Shown here piece by piece: positions 1-13,500 of a stretch of DNA of 64,000 nt. The notes beneath the pieces were generated by a model. It did no database searches and had not been told where the DNA came from. It saw nothing but the letters and a program-made list of their open reading frames with translations. Position 1 is the stretch's first letter. Each line of letters starts with the position of its first letter. This DNA comes from Azolla caroliniana. Taxonomy: Eukaryota; Plantae; Polypodiophyta. The position numbers were made by a program, and so were the translations under genes. The DNA lies in NCBI GenBank assembly GCA_043228905.1, contig JBHGNT010000005.1, positions 24,490,001-24,554,000 on the forward strand. The letters are read 5' to 3'.

Positions 1-299
1 GGTTAGGTTTGTGTATTGGGGTTAGGTTTAAGTACTCGGGTTAGGTGCACGCACCCAGGATAGGTTTAGGTGGATTTAGGTGTTACAGAATAGCTTGTCA
101 GACCTGGGTTAGGTGTGATAGAGGCTTGTCAATTGTTAGACTCGGGTTAGATGTGACAAAGGCTTGTCAGACCCGGGTTGGGTTTCAGGCGCACGCTTTT
201 TGTGGATAGAGATTGAACGATGCAGATCACACGCGCCATTCAAAACGTGTCTTGCAACCGTCCGTGTCTGCGATTTCCTCACCAGGCAAATAGAAACGA

Positions 300-424
300 G
301 CGTATGTATGTATGTATGTATGTAAAGACATTATACATATATGCATAGATTATGTATGTACATATACACATGATATTCATGCATAGAGTATGTATGTATG
401 TATGTATGTATGTATGTATGTATA
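300..424. repeat. (TATG)n microsatellite region
   Basis: Runs of gtat/tatg at about 302-323 and 388-423. Confidence 0.85.
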
Positions 425-1469
425 GACATGACATGAATATGGACAGACATGGGTGGTGATGGAAGTGGTATCCGTTTTGTGGATCGATCGTAGCAGAATG
501 CGCCAAAGGAGACATTGATGATGATCATCATGTATGTATGTCTCCCTCCTTCCTCTCCATTTCTCTGTGTTTCATTCGTTTTGTATGGTTTTCTATTGCT
601 TACGCTTGAATAGGCTGTATCAGAATCCCGCTTGCCCAGACATGGAAGAACAAACCATGCCATGTAAAATAGATAAGATACATAAACGTAGGTAAATTGT
701 ATGGATACATCATTTACGAGAACAAATATCTTAGGATTGACCCACATGATGCCGAACATCAACAATCAAGAACGCAATGTTGAGATTTAATTGGGTGGTA
801 AACCTCAGCAAACAGCAAACCTAAACTGAGATATGCACAGATTATAATGTCATGGTTTGTGGAGGAGATATCAACAATTTCCATGTTTGTGCTCGGGTAC
901 TGAGATTCCTTCACCAATATTCCACACCTAGAGAGTTTTTTCTTGCTCTAGTGAGCATAGACTATTTTGTATAACCGTCGCTCTGGACACGGTTTGTGGA
1001 AGTGTGCCTGATGTGGTATTCCCAATCTAGCATGGATTAATCAGGGATTGATGCTTTGTAAGACATTAAAATATAAAAATGTGTATCATAATAAATGATC
1101 TAGCTAGCATTCTTCTGAACATATAATTATTCAAAAGATTATATATGATAAAAATATGCATAAATGTTCATATATGTGAATGTAATGTCATATGGTTTGT
1201 AGCCAAAGAATTGGATATAAAAGAGGTGTTGCATTCATGCTTTATAATTTATCTCTTATGCGATGTTGAGTTGTTGTTCTCGTATATAAAAACAAATAAG
1301 AATGATGTGAATGAAGAGGAAAATGTTGCTGCAGTTATTTCAAGAATGGTTGTGCGTGATTTTTTGCAGTTTCTTTCTGCAGACATAATATTTTCTTCTC
1401 ATGTGGCTGAATGGAAGCCGCCCTTATGGATCCAATGTGAACTCACTTTAAGTGTTGTAAGGCTATGTG

Positions 1470-4400
1470 ATGATGGTGACAACTATTACCAATGAGTTGC
1501 TTCGGACATGTATTCAGGTTGAAACATTTTGCATATTTCGTGATTAAGAAAGAGATTGGTTGTGATCATCATTATGATAATTGAAATGCATGTTGGTAAG
1601 TAGTTTGAAATGAACAAGAAACTGGGCTTTATTCGATGCAAATGTCATAATTGGGATTCCAACCCTTGTTTCTCCTTTCTTTGCTGGAATTTTGCCTTTC
1701 TGCAAAATTAATGTTGATTTTGCAAATGCACATGCCCAACTTAAAACCGTATCATTTAAATAAATAGTGACCACCTTTTCTTGCATTTTTGAAATTCAGC
1801 TGGATGTTGGATCCACAGAACGTCTGGATGAGCGGAAACATGGTATGCCCTTGAAGAATGTCATTCACTTAAACTTCTCTTACAGAGGTTGGTTACATCG
1901 TGTGATTTTGAAATTTGAATTACTATTGGATCATCGCTAATATAATTGTGTTTATAATAAGTCAAAAGAAGTTTTGTAACATTGGTACACTGACCAGTAA
2001 TCATGACTGGAACCGATTCTAAGTGTAAAATCAACTCATTGATTGATGAAAGTGGGCAATTAAAAAACAATTGAGATGAATGTAGTATAAACATTCAGAC
2101 TTTATATATTCCATAGTCACCAAAAAACATGTGAGACCTGCTTTAAAATGAGAAATGCTGAATGGTTGAGATGCGACCTTTATAAATGTGGGTGGACCAT
2201 CATGGTGAAACTTGATTGGTACCATACATGGAGTTCCGTCTCTCATGGAAGACATAAGTAGAACTTTTTTCTTTTCTTTTTGTATTAGGTCTTCATCCTA
2301 GTAGTAAGACAAATTTTATTATCCCAGGCATCTGGCCCCAGTCTCACTATATGCACTACTTTACTGGATGCTACTGTGGAATGTAGTGTTGAATGTATCT
2401 CTTCCTGTTCTCCGCCGGACAACATTGCCAACTGAGCTGCAACAGTGTGGGCTCTCTTCTTTTTCTCTTTCTCTTTCCTCATACACAAACTCTTCTCTCT
2501 CACACTTTGAAGGGAACGGAGAGAAGGAACCTTTTGACAACCATCTGACTAGGATCTTTATGAATTGTTTTGTACTTTCTTCAAATTTGGGGTGGCCTTT
2601 TGTGCAATACAAAGGAGAAAATTTCTATTTGACAGTTGACTATTGAAGTGAAGGAACTCACTAAAAGCTGATAGCTTGTAAGAATCTAACTTTTACAGTT
2701 TTTTGGTATTGTTTGCAGGGCTTCGAGAAATCAATTATTTGGATGGACTTGAGAGCTTGTCAAAGCTTTATTTGGACAACAATAGGATATTTCGAATTGA
2801 GAATCTGTCACACTTACACAACTTAACTGTCTTAGGTATATTGTTTATTGAATAAGAATAGGTATACAAAATATGGAGTTTTCTTTCAACGTAGATACTA
2901 GAGAGTAAAACATAATTTTGCTAATTTTCGTGATAATAGCTCAGTGATTTTGACTGCATTCTCAGGTTTGATAAACATAAATATTATTTGTGCTTTTACT
3001 TGTTAGTTAGCTTTTGATATTATGTTTTAAAGAAAACTATGCTTCAGTTGGAGTCTGTTGTGCTGTGAATGAGGTTTAACATTGTCAAAAGGATAGGCAT
3101 TTTCTCTAAATCGTGTCTTTTATTTTGCAGACTTATCTTTCAATAAGATAAAAAAGATTGAGGGTCTTGAATGCTTGATTAACCTTGATGACCTTTCATT
3201 ATACTGCAATGAAATAGAACATCTAGAGGGTATTCAATCATTACAGAATCTTACTTCATTATCAATTGGGAAAAATCTTCTTCAAGGTTTAGAGGAGGTT
3301 TGAAAATAGTTTGCTTAATGTTTTTGTTTAACTGAATTATCAAACTTCATCTTTTTACTCAGTTTTTGGAAGGGTCATGTACAGGTATTATACCTGCGGC
3401 AGCTAAAAAGTTTGCGGTTATTGACCCTAGAAGGGAATCCACTTTGCAATGTGAGCAAAAACTTTTGTTTATATACATTTGCTCGAGCATAGTGATCATA
3501 AAATATATATAGCGTAATTGTTTCTGGAAAGCTCTCAGAAAAAAACCATCCAAAGCGGATGTAGGTTAATCATAGGGTTAATGATTCGAGCTCCCCATGT
3601 CTCATCTCATTCTCTAATTATTAGATTGAACTTTGTGTTCTCAGCTAGAGATTTAATCATTCCCTAATAGCATCAGATTTCTTCTATATTGTTAGTGATC
3701 AAAATTTGGAGTTAATTTGATCATTATTGATCAAACTCTTTTGTTAGAGTTATGATCTAATGTAAGCATATGATAAGGATAAAAGATATCAGAAATAAGA
3801 AAGGTGAGAGAAAAAGAAGGGTGTCGATCCACCCGACCACCCCCGATTGAAGGGATTGAGACGAACTCGAGCCTCAATCTGCGTCCCATACCACCGCCGT
3901 GGCGTCGAGTCGTACCTGGTGCTGGCGCGCTCGCTACAAGAGTTGACCCACCACAAGAACAGAGTCTCGACGTAGTCAAGAGATGATGAAATGAGGGTAG
4001 CTAGGCCTCATATTTATTGTGAGACCCAAGGCCCCTAGGCAAGTTCACACTTGGCCTAATGGGTTGTCTCAATCCCGAGGATTAAAAGTAATCCTCCCCT
4101 TCTTTACACTCTCGTTTAACCCTCACACTTATCCACGTGTATAGAATACTACGGTAAATTCTCACCACAGGATATTATATGGTAATGCCCGTAACATCTT
4201 TCTTGCAAAACCTTTCTCGTCTTTTTCTCTCTGGTCACATGCATGAATGAGTTGTGCTTCTAATTATGGTGGAGTGCATTCTAGTGTAAATTTCAACCGC
4301 GGCACCATGTTCTCTCCCTGACTCCGACATGTTAAAACAGTTCCCCGCTAAAAAAGACTCACATGATAGGCTCAATAAATAAATAAAAAGTTTCAGGAGG

Positions 4401-7400
4401 TTTTAAACCAAATAATACATTATTGAGCTATAAGGGTTGGAAATGTTGTTGAAGGCCTCCTTTCAATGATTTCTCTGTGATCAATTTATGTTATATATTT
4501 TGTTTGTTTTAAGGCAGGAGGTTGAATACAGAACATATGTCATTGGGCATCTTAGGGATTTGCGATTTCTTGATCATAGGATTGTAGAAGAAGGACCAGT
4601 AAGTGCCGTTTTTGTCAATATCTTATATCAAACTGGTAAGTAAGATTCATGGAGTGTTTTTCTTTTTCTTTCAATGGCTAGTTGATGGCAGCACGGGAAC
4701 AATACCAAGATGAACTTCTAGAAATCAAACAAAAAGAAGAAGAGGAGGATAAAGTTCTTAAAGATTCTCAATTAAAAGCTGTCCAGAAAGAGCTACATAG
4801 AGTAAGCTTCTGTAGCTAATGCTGTTGAGATATATTTAATTTAATTTAAAAGAGACTATTAATCGCAAATTATTTTCTCTATAGTAAGGATCTGCAATGG
4901 TTTCCTTTTTTTATATTGTGCAATCTGAACTTTCCACTTTTTGTTCTCAAAGTGTTCCATAAGGATTCTGTATAATAAGGATCCACAATGCCTTCCTTTT
5001 ATATATGCGACAGTACGACACTTGCTTCCTCTTGTTCCCAAAGCATTCAATATGACTATATTCTTAGTGCTGTAATTCAAAGACAATGTCGAAACATGAC
5101 ATCAAAAGAGGAAAAAGTCACTGTCAAAGGATGGAGGAGGATACCCTGATAAAAATAGGAACGAGCAAGAATATTGTGGCAATCTATCATTAGGTCAGCC
5201 ATATCACTATTAGCATCCAGGTCATTAGTACCTCACATGCACTCCAAGATTTTTTATTATTCTTTTCTAGCTCTAGGCATAGATATGAGATGCATATACA
5301 AGAAATCTCACATGGCCCAACATCCAATGTTCCATTTTTTGCAGTCCACACACAGTTTTACTTTCTATTGAAGCACTTCTTGTCACCAATTCTCATATCT
5401 GAAACCTCTATGTATTTGATACCTTACCAATCTACCCATGTTTATTCTGAATGAATGTTTTCTATGGGACTTGTGATGATGTAGAAAAAAATACAAAAAA
5501 TCATGGGGCATACGTTATCACTGCCAAACTGGGAGGAAATAACTGCACATGGAGTCATATAGTGAACTAATCAAGACATTCAATTAAACTGATACTTGAG
5601 AGATCTATTTCCATCTATCGAAGTACTTATGAAGTCGTTAGAAGCTCGTTTGTAGGGAATTAGTCTCCAATAGATTAACTAGACAGTGCCAATTCATATG
5701 GCACAGACGACTCTGTCAATAGACAACCAACCGTTGTGTCATAGAAGTGGAACTTTTAAAGGCCATGTCAGTAACCAATCAATTAATTCACCCATGCCAC
5801 CAGAAGTTGAAATGCTGGTTTCTGCTGGTTGGACAGAGGATGAGAGGAGACATCTTGGTAGTTGCAGGAAGTTCCTCAGACTGTAGGGCTTATTAAATGG
5901 GTGTTGGCTTGCAGAACTTATTGTAGTTGGAACTTAAAACTGTTTTCCCAGTTTTATATTAAATAATCTTTAATTGATTAAATTGAAAGAAACATTGTAA
6001 TTATTCTCTTATTACAACCCATCTTTGGCAGGAAGCAAATCTAAGTCTTGTGGATGAGCTGTTTGATTCCATGCTTTTGGAGGACCCTGAGTATTCGAAG
6101 ATGAAAGAAGTTCCTGGTCTTCTTGAGGCCCTTGACGAGTAATCTTTTCAAACAATGTGCATAACTACTGTTTAAGATGGCAAAACTTAACAACTTTATT
6201 TGTCTGTACTCCAAAATTTAAGGTATCGACAGAAAAGTGATAGTAACAATGAAGAAGTGATTGGATTAACAATCGAGCAACATGAAAAGAAGCAGCAAGA
6301 GCTGAAATTGTGGAAATCGAGTATGGATCTGGTGTTGGATAGAAGAGACAAAGAATCTCTATCAATTCAGAACTCGTATAATAAATTAAAGAAGAAGGTG
6401 CAGCTCTAACAGGAAATGGCTTTTACTTTCATTATTGCATCAGATGGATATCATGTTTGGTACATTGATTGTTTGTGCATTCAGTTTGATGCTTCATGTA
6501 TTTGTTGTGTGTTCTCTTTCAGATTGACTGTGGTTATTGACAAATTTTGGTCAAATAATGGATTTTGAAGGTTCTTCTTGAAATTGAAAAAGATCCTTCA
6601 AATAGAGAAGTTAAGTTAAGAGACCTACTCAGGAAGAATGAAAAATTGAAAGAATCTCTTCTAGAGATTGAGATGCAGACTGTTGGTGAGATAGAGGTAT
6701 CTTTCTCTCCCTCTAAATGGTATTGCTACAGTATAGACTAGCATAGAATTTCGCAACTTAAGAAAATCTCAACAGGACCTGTGGTCAACATTTGATGGAA
6801 ATTATGCGGTGCTTAAAGAGAACTGCAAGCAAAACTTTCAGAGCTAATATCCTTTTGATTTTACTTTCAGGTTTGAAATTATTATTGTTTTTGCCTAATT
6901 CATTACTACAGTAGGACCACATTTCATCTCGACATATGAGGACTCCTAAAATATTGAATAAAAGCATTTAAGACAAGGAAGTATGTGCATAGCACAATGT
7001 GATTCACCGCCTCCTTCTCGTGGATGAATGTATTGATGGTAGATGATATAAAGGGTATATTGTATGTTATCCTTGACTTGAAAATACTTTTGCGACCATG
7101 AGGATGCATGAAAATAAGTTCTCGGAATCTGTTGCAATACAAGCAATTGTAGTAATGGAGCAGTTTTCCATGAATGATTCCTATGATGACATCGAAGATG
7201 ATGATGCAAGATTGGTACTATAATCTTTCAACACCATTTTAGCAACTCTTTACAGGTGATAGCTGAAAACTGAAATGCTGTCCATGTCTTTTTCTTCTCT
7301 TCAGTTGATACATGACAAAGACCTCATGAACAACTCTATACAAGCTTCTCATGATGCTCACACACTGAAGATAGATATTTCGGTATGCATTCATTTTCAT

Positions 7401-7940
7401 TACTAAACATGTAAATATTGCTTATCATTGATGGTTGAGCATTCTATTTGGCACTAAGCTATTTATATATTGACTTTTCAAGATGTTCATAATTAATTGT
7501 ATACATACAAAGAACAACTTAGCACCTTTTCAATATTCTTGTAATGTTTATAGTAAAAGATGTGTGAAGATATTGATTTTCACATACTTGGGCCTAATGT
7601 TATGCAATTATTTACACGCCCTTCTACTAGGAATTCTATTTAGAGCCATGTGCTTAATATGATATCTTACTTTCCTGGGAAATCCCATTTGATTGCTTCA
7701 ATTTTCATTCAAATTGAAAAGAAATATAATGCTTGAATATGACTATTGCTGTTGATTTTGCAGGAGGATAAAACTTTGCGTAATGAAGATGAGATACACA
7801 AGGCTATTTATGATACATTCCTAAAACAAGAGGTTAGACGAAATAGGGAGAGAGTCGAAGAGATAATATTCATTACAAGTAATAATGAAAAGGAGATTAA
7901 CAATAAATTGTACATTGAAGAAGATGAGGAGGAGGATTGA
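1470..7940 (+). CDS. DRC3: Dynein regulatory complex subunit 3 (LRRC48), N-terminal LRRs plus coiled coil, about 515 aa, 14 coding exons
   Basis: Exons 1470-1517, 1800-1887, 2719-2835, 3131-3297, 3385-3450, 4518-4598, 4682-4801, 6032-6138, 6223-6397, 6571-6696, 6776-6846, 7088-7214, 7305-7382, 7764-7940. They join in frame (1548 nt) with GT-AG introns except one AT-AC. Peptides TITNELLRTCIQ, LYLDNNRIFRIENL, DLSFNKIKKIEGL, LEGNPLC, YRTYVIGHLRDLRFLDHR, AAREQYQDE, IQASHDAHTLKID and RNRERVEEI match DRC3 as recalled from Chlamydomonas and animals. The start codon is uncertain. Confidence 0.92.
3742..4196 (-). mobile_element. Solo LTR (455 bp) in DRC3 intron 5
   Basis: Begins TGTTA and ends TAACA. 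Flanked by a perfect 5-bp TSD TCTTT (3737-3741 and 4197-4201). GC-rich core; TATA-like ATAAATA on the minus strand near 4011-4017, so orientation is inferred. Confidence 0.8.
6847..7087 (+). other. U12-type (minor spliceosome) AT-AC intron in DRC3
   Basis: 5' site ATATCCTTTT at 6847, branch motif TCCTTGAC at 7070-7077, terminal AC at 7086-7087. Removal restores the reading frame (SY|FATMR, split codon TA|T). Confidence 0.93.
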
Positions 7941-8686
7941 TGGCTCAGCCAAGCAATTTCCATATATAACCTATAATCTCATTGTAGAAACAAAGATTGT
8001 CTCTCAAATTCTTCGTAGTATTGTTAATCTCTGTTCAACATGTGCTGTTATCAAATAAGAAATTCATTTTCCTTAGATCCAATGACACTATTTAGTATGA
8101 GGAACACGCGAGAGAAGAGGAGAATAATAATTCATCATTGGATAATGATCAGGAACAATCACATTAATGGACATCATCTATAGTTTTGTCATGATTAATT
8201 TGACAATTATAAATCATTTCCAAATTATGTATTTTTGTAATTAATGACAAATTAATTAAATCTCCTCCCCCACTAAATTTTTTCATCTGCCATTTTTGTG
8301 CGAACAAGAGTGGGAGAGCGAATGAGTTGGAGAGTGAGAAATAACTTGAAGTGCGAGTTTTAGGGAGCTAAAGTGTGAGCATTGTTGTGAGGTCATGCAT
8401 GTGGGTGAAATGTGAGCAGGACCGATGGGGACATTAACCTAGTAAAATCGGATTAGCTTGACTTGGTGACTTCATATGTCCTAGATAGGTTTTAATAATA
8501 TATGATATATCAATTTGTGTGTGTGAGTGCATATGTGTGAAATTTTATGTTTAAGTGTATGGGTACATGTTTATATGTGTGGGTTAAAACATGTATTAGC
8601 ATATAAGTGTAATTAATGTATTTGTCTTAGATATATGTGCAAATGCTTATGTATATATGTATATGTATGTTAGTGTGCAAGGGGAT

Positions 8687-9700
8687 GTAAGTGAAAATTG
8701 AGCAAATGTACTTAAATATGTGTATATCTATGTATTTTCGGATGTGCATGTACTCCAAATATGGTTTTATAATATTGTTGGCCCCATTTCATATTCTCGA
8801 ATATTGCGAATATCACATGTGGAGAATATCACGCATGTATCAACCTATGGTCTCATATTCTTGAATATCACATATGGAGAATATCACGCATGTGTCAACC
8901 AAAGGTCTCAACATAAGTCAAGCATCTCTTGGCAAGAAGGTAGTTGGCCTCTTTATATAGGCAAAAACCATACGCCATGTGTTTACACTTGGCCAATTTG
9001 AAGTAGTCAAGTGATAACACACTTAATAGTTATCCCACATTGTTGAATTGAATATTACAATTCAAACTCTCGTTCATTTCAGAATTAAGCCACACGTACT
9101 CATCATGAGTTTAGGGAAAACTATGGAAAACCTATCTAATGATCAATTATGGTTATGCACGTAACATATTCCCTCACTTTAAAAGATTGCACTCTTGCAA
9201 TAACTATTTGAGGGAAGTGTGTTTTGATGTGCTTTGGCAACTAAAAGATTGATCAATTAGGCAAATAAACCAACATGTTTAAGAACTCTAAAAAATCTAC
9301 GAACTCATGGAGCTAATTTAGCACACGTGCCTAGACACAAAGTCTTACAAGTTTAAAACTATACATAGAGATACCAACTATCTAGGGTTATGTAGATGAG
9401 GTTGCCAATGTTTGTTGGCATAAAATCATGCTCTCTATCGAGGAGTAGTAACTTTTCTCTTGCAATATGCACATCCCTTAAATAGTTTATATCCCTTAAC
9501 TGGAAATCTCTATCGCTCATATTTGTTAATAACTTGAAAATGGTCACATTTAGGCACATTATAAATATATCAAGTGAAAAGAAATCAGTAGAGATGAATG
9601 ATAACAAGTATATGGCGTATTTCAATATGCCTTAGTAAGAGTGCAAAATGGAGTCATGTTTTTGACCTTAGACAAATTTGGAACACAAACGCGGAGTCGG
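8687..9700 (-). mobile_element. Degenerate Ty3/Gypsy 3' end: LTR (about 8687-9165), PPT and integrase C-terminal remnant
   Basis: TGTAA...TAACA bounds. Purine tract GTGAGGGAATA on the minus strand next to 9165. Decayed KLAP.F...RVLKHVG..AY-like integrase tail near 9250-9330. Confidence 0.45.
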
Positions 9701-10532
9701 CAATGTCTCTGGTCAAGGCAGGACTAATTGGCGGTTTGGCACGGCTCCGTTCAAGCTTGAACCTGGTTTACCGGATTAAGATCGGATAAGTTTAGTCCGG
9801 CTTGAGCCGTGCCAAACCGGCTCGAACCAGTTAAGGCGGTAGTTCTATTAGAAATTAGAATAAAACTAGAAGCGTTAGACGGTTAGGACTTGAGCCGGAG
9901 CCTGCACTGCAGTCTGCACACGCCTTCTGTCGAGATCGGAGCATCAGCACCTCCTTCTGTGGAGATCGGAGCACGCCTTCTGAATGAGTGACGCCTCCTG
10001 AATCCTGAGCCCGGGCCACTAAGCAACGAACACTTTTTTCAATTCAGAGTAAGTACACCTGCGTTATGTTACATGACCACTTTTCATGTTTCTTCAAGTA
10101 ATACAACTGAAGCTGTGAAGAGATACGAATTGATTTTCGAAGAATCTTTAGAAGACCCTGATTTTTATCCTGTGAGGCATCTTACATAAGATGCTGACAC
10201 CAAGTTTAGAACGGGGAAAATAGCAATGAACTTTTGTTTTTTGCACCATGTGTGAGGATGATTGTTCACTATATTTAGTGATTGTGGTACTGAATTTTAA
10301 AAGCAATCAAAATCCTTTTATCTTCTTCCAAAAAGGCAGATCTAGAATTTATAAACCATTGCAATTTAATAAATTATGAACTAAAGCTTGATTTTATGTG
10401 GCACTGCGATTTAACAGGATTCAAGATTCGCTCTTGCTGATGCTCTTTAAACATTGTGGGAGGTGACTTTCATGTGTTTTTTCTGCCTTACCGTTCATTA
10501 ATTGTGTGAAGAGCAGATTTCAAAAAGGCCAC

Positions 10533-13500
10533 ATGAAACATATTTGGAGGCTTGGGACCATTGCCCTCGTCGCTCTCTCTGTGTGGATTGCTCTTCTAAA
10601 CCAACAACAATCTCCACATACGAGAGACACCATTCTTTTGGTAAGTTTCTGATCTGATCATGGATTTTAGCTATGTAGTCATGGCCCCAACGTGAGTTTT
10701 AGGCTCTGCTTATGATCCCAACATCAATTTTTACATTATCTAGAAACAATTAGGTTAGATGAGAATTATATAGGTATCTATTAACAATTTACTAATATAG
10801 AGATGTGTTTTTGTATATCATTGTGTCTCTATCAAATAGTTGTGTTTATTCAACCCTTTATCAGCACGCGTGATGTCCTTGCTCTTGAAAGCTGCTGATC
10901 TATCTTGTTGAATGCAGAACTAGCTTCAGTCTCTAGGATGTATGGTAATTGCAGGTTAAACGCTTTCAGAATGAGCGCACAATTTCTTTAGTTGATTAAA
11001 CTCTTGTTTCCTAGCAACAGTCCAATCGTAGATCACATTGGATTTCAACAAATCTGTCAAAGGCTTGGGTAGGGATGCTTGTATTTGGATGAATTTTAGA
11101 TCAAACCTAAGAAGCCCTAAAAATATCTCAACTCAGACACTTTACTTGTTGCTAACCTACTTAGAATCTGAGAGATCTTTGTTGAAGGATCCATCTTCAA
11201 TCCCTCAATGGAGAATGTAAAGTATGCTGACTCTCGTAGAGTCAAAATGTGGAGAAGTGTAGTGTTTGTAAGAATGGATGTTTGAGCAAGAAAGAAAGAA
11301 AGATATATTAATGTCTTTTAAGAGGCCAAAATGGCGTATAAGACCAAACAAGAGATTACATCTTAAGCGTTGTCTCGTCTTTGAGACCAACAAATCAAAA
11401 TAAAATAAATGTTACTAAGTAAACATAAAAGTAAAGAATAGAAGGAATCAATGGAAAAACACGTAGGAAGGGGATTGGAGGTTATGCACCGAAGAGAAAA
11501 CTATATTAATCTATTAAAAATCATCTGCAAATATAATGGGCCAAGTAGGCTTTATATACAGGTCCTCAAGGGACTACCTCGTTGAATGTGGTTGGTGGAG
11601 TCTAGTCATAGAATCCACTGGAGTACAATTCTATCATAAGAATATCTAATATTCTTTGACCATATCTACACTTCACAACTAACTAGATGTCATAATCTAG
11701 TCTTTGTATAACTAGATAGTTCACACGGATTACAATAAGATGTGCTCTCACACTTTTTCACACATCATGCTTTTCTCCATAAGCACATGTGCACACAAGT
11801 TGAGCTTGATTCTCAACAGAGAACATTGAAGGATGTTAATCAACAACCTCCTTGTAGGCAAAGTTTTTTTATCATTGATGTATGTGATGTGTATCTTTAA
11901 AACTCCAAACACTACACATGTATGAGTGACATATTTGTCTAGAGTTTTCTTGGAGAAGTTTGATGGCAGAAGAAGTTCGATGCATTTATGCTCAAACATG
12001 GGTTCAAAAGAAGCAATGCATACCTCTGTTTTTACACTAAAAAAGATGAAGATGGCAGCCCAATAATTCTTGAATTGTCTGTAGATGATATGCTGCTGAC
12101 AGGGAAGAAAAGGAGAACTCTGAATGCTCTAAAACAGCAGCTGCACTCTACATTCTCAATGAAAGACCTTGGGGGAAGGTGAGCATATTCTTGGTATGCA
12201 AATAAAAAGAGATTGGCAGCAGTATACTTTGCATTTATCCCAAGAAAAGTACATTGAAAAAGTGCTGAACAGATTTAATGCGGCTGATGCCAAGCCTCTT
12301 GGCATCCACATGTTAGGCTTTCCAAGGATGATTGTTCCAAAGATGATGATGCAACCAATTACATGAAGAATGTTCCATATGCATTGTGGTTCACTTATGC
12401 AATTGTTGCAACCACATGTTAGGCTTTCCAAGGATGATTGTTCCAAAGATGATGATGCGGCCAATTACATGAAGAATGTTCCATATGCATTGTGGTTCAC
12501 ATATGTATTCTATGGTTGCCACTTGGCCAAACATTGCTCATGCAATCGGAGTTGTCAGTAGGTTCATGGCTAATCCTGGTAGGGCTCATTGGGAGGCAAT
12601 CAAATCTAACTTCAGATGATTGTTCCAAGGATGATGATGCAGCCAATTACATGAAGAGTGTTCCATATGCATTGTGGATCACTTACGTATACTATGGTTG
12701 CCACTTGGCCAAACATTGCTCATGCAGTCGGAGTTGTTAGTAGGTTCATGGCTAATCCTGGTAGGGCTCATTGGGAGGCAATCAAATCTATCTTGAGATA
12801 TTTAAAAGGGACCAAAGGTAAATGCCTATGTTATGGAAAGTGTCCCTAAGAATTAAAAGGATTTTGTGATTCAGACATGGTAGGTGATGTGCATACACCC
12901 AAGTCCACAAGTGGCTATGTATACACCCTTGTAGATGGAGCTATTTCATGGCGCTCTAGACTTCTAAAGATAGTTGCACTATCTACTACAGAGGCTGAAT
13001 ATATTTCAGCTACAAAGGCTTCCAAAGAAGCCATTTGGTTAGCCTGCTTGCGCAATGAGTTTGGGATGCGTGAGTGATAGCCAGAGTGCCATATGTTTGG
13101 CAAAGAATGTAATTTTTCATGCTCGCACAAAGCATATTGATGTGAGATATGACTTCATTAGAGAGGTGCTAGAGGATGGCCTAATCACTTTGATCAAGGT
13201 CAATACTTTACATAATCCTGCAGATGCTCTCTCAAAGTGTCTACCCAAGGCACACCATCAGCTATGTGTACAAATGGTTGGGGTTACTTAGCTTAAAGGA
13301 GCCTCCTTGGTCCTTTAAGTGGGAGATTGTTGGGGATGAAGGCCCCAAGGACTTCCCTTTTGTGTATATTTTGAGTGTACCGTATGAAAGCTACCATCAC
13401 TATATTTTTGGCCCCAATTTGGGGGGTTATAGGCTTTTACGTTATCTTTATAACTTTCGGTTATTGGTCGTGTGTGAACGTGTGAAATTGACCTAAAAGT

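Noticed and set aside
1-190. GGGTTAGG-rich stretch resembling telomeric repeat
   Set aside because: Units are irregularly spaced and do not form TTTAGGG or TTAGGG arrays; more likely the subterminal repeats of a TE cut by the window edge.
6697-6775. Donor GTATCTTT as a second U12 intron in DRC3
   Set aside because: Lacks the CC of the U12 donor and has no convincing CCTTAAC/CCTTGAC branch site; treated as U2.
9715-9840. Imperfect inverted repeat (GGTTTGGCACGGCT / AGCCGTGCCAAACC) upstream of DPM3
   Set aside because: Probably a DNA-transposon end remnant; no TSD or partner end identified, and too weak to call a miRNA hairpin.
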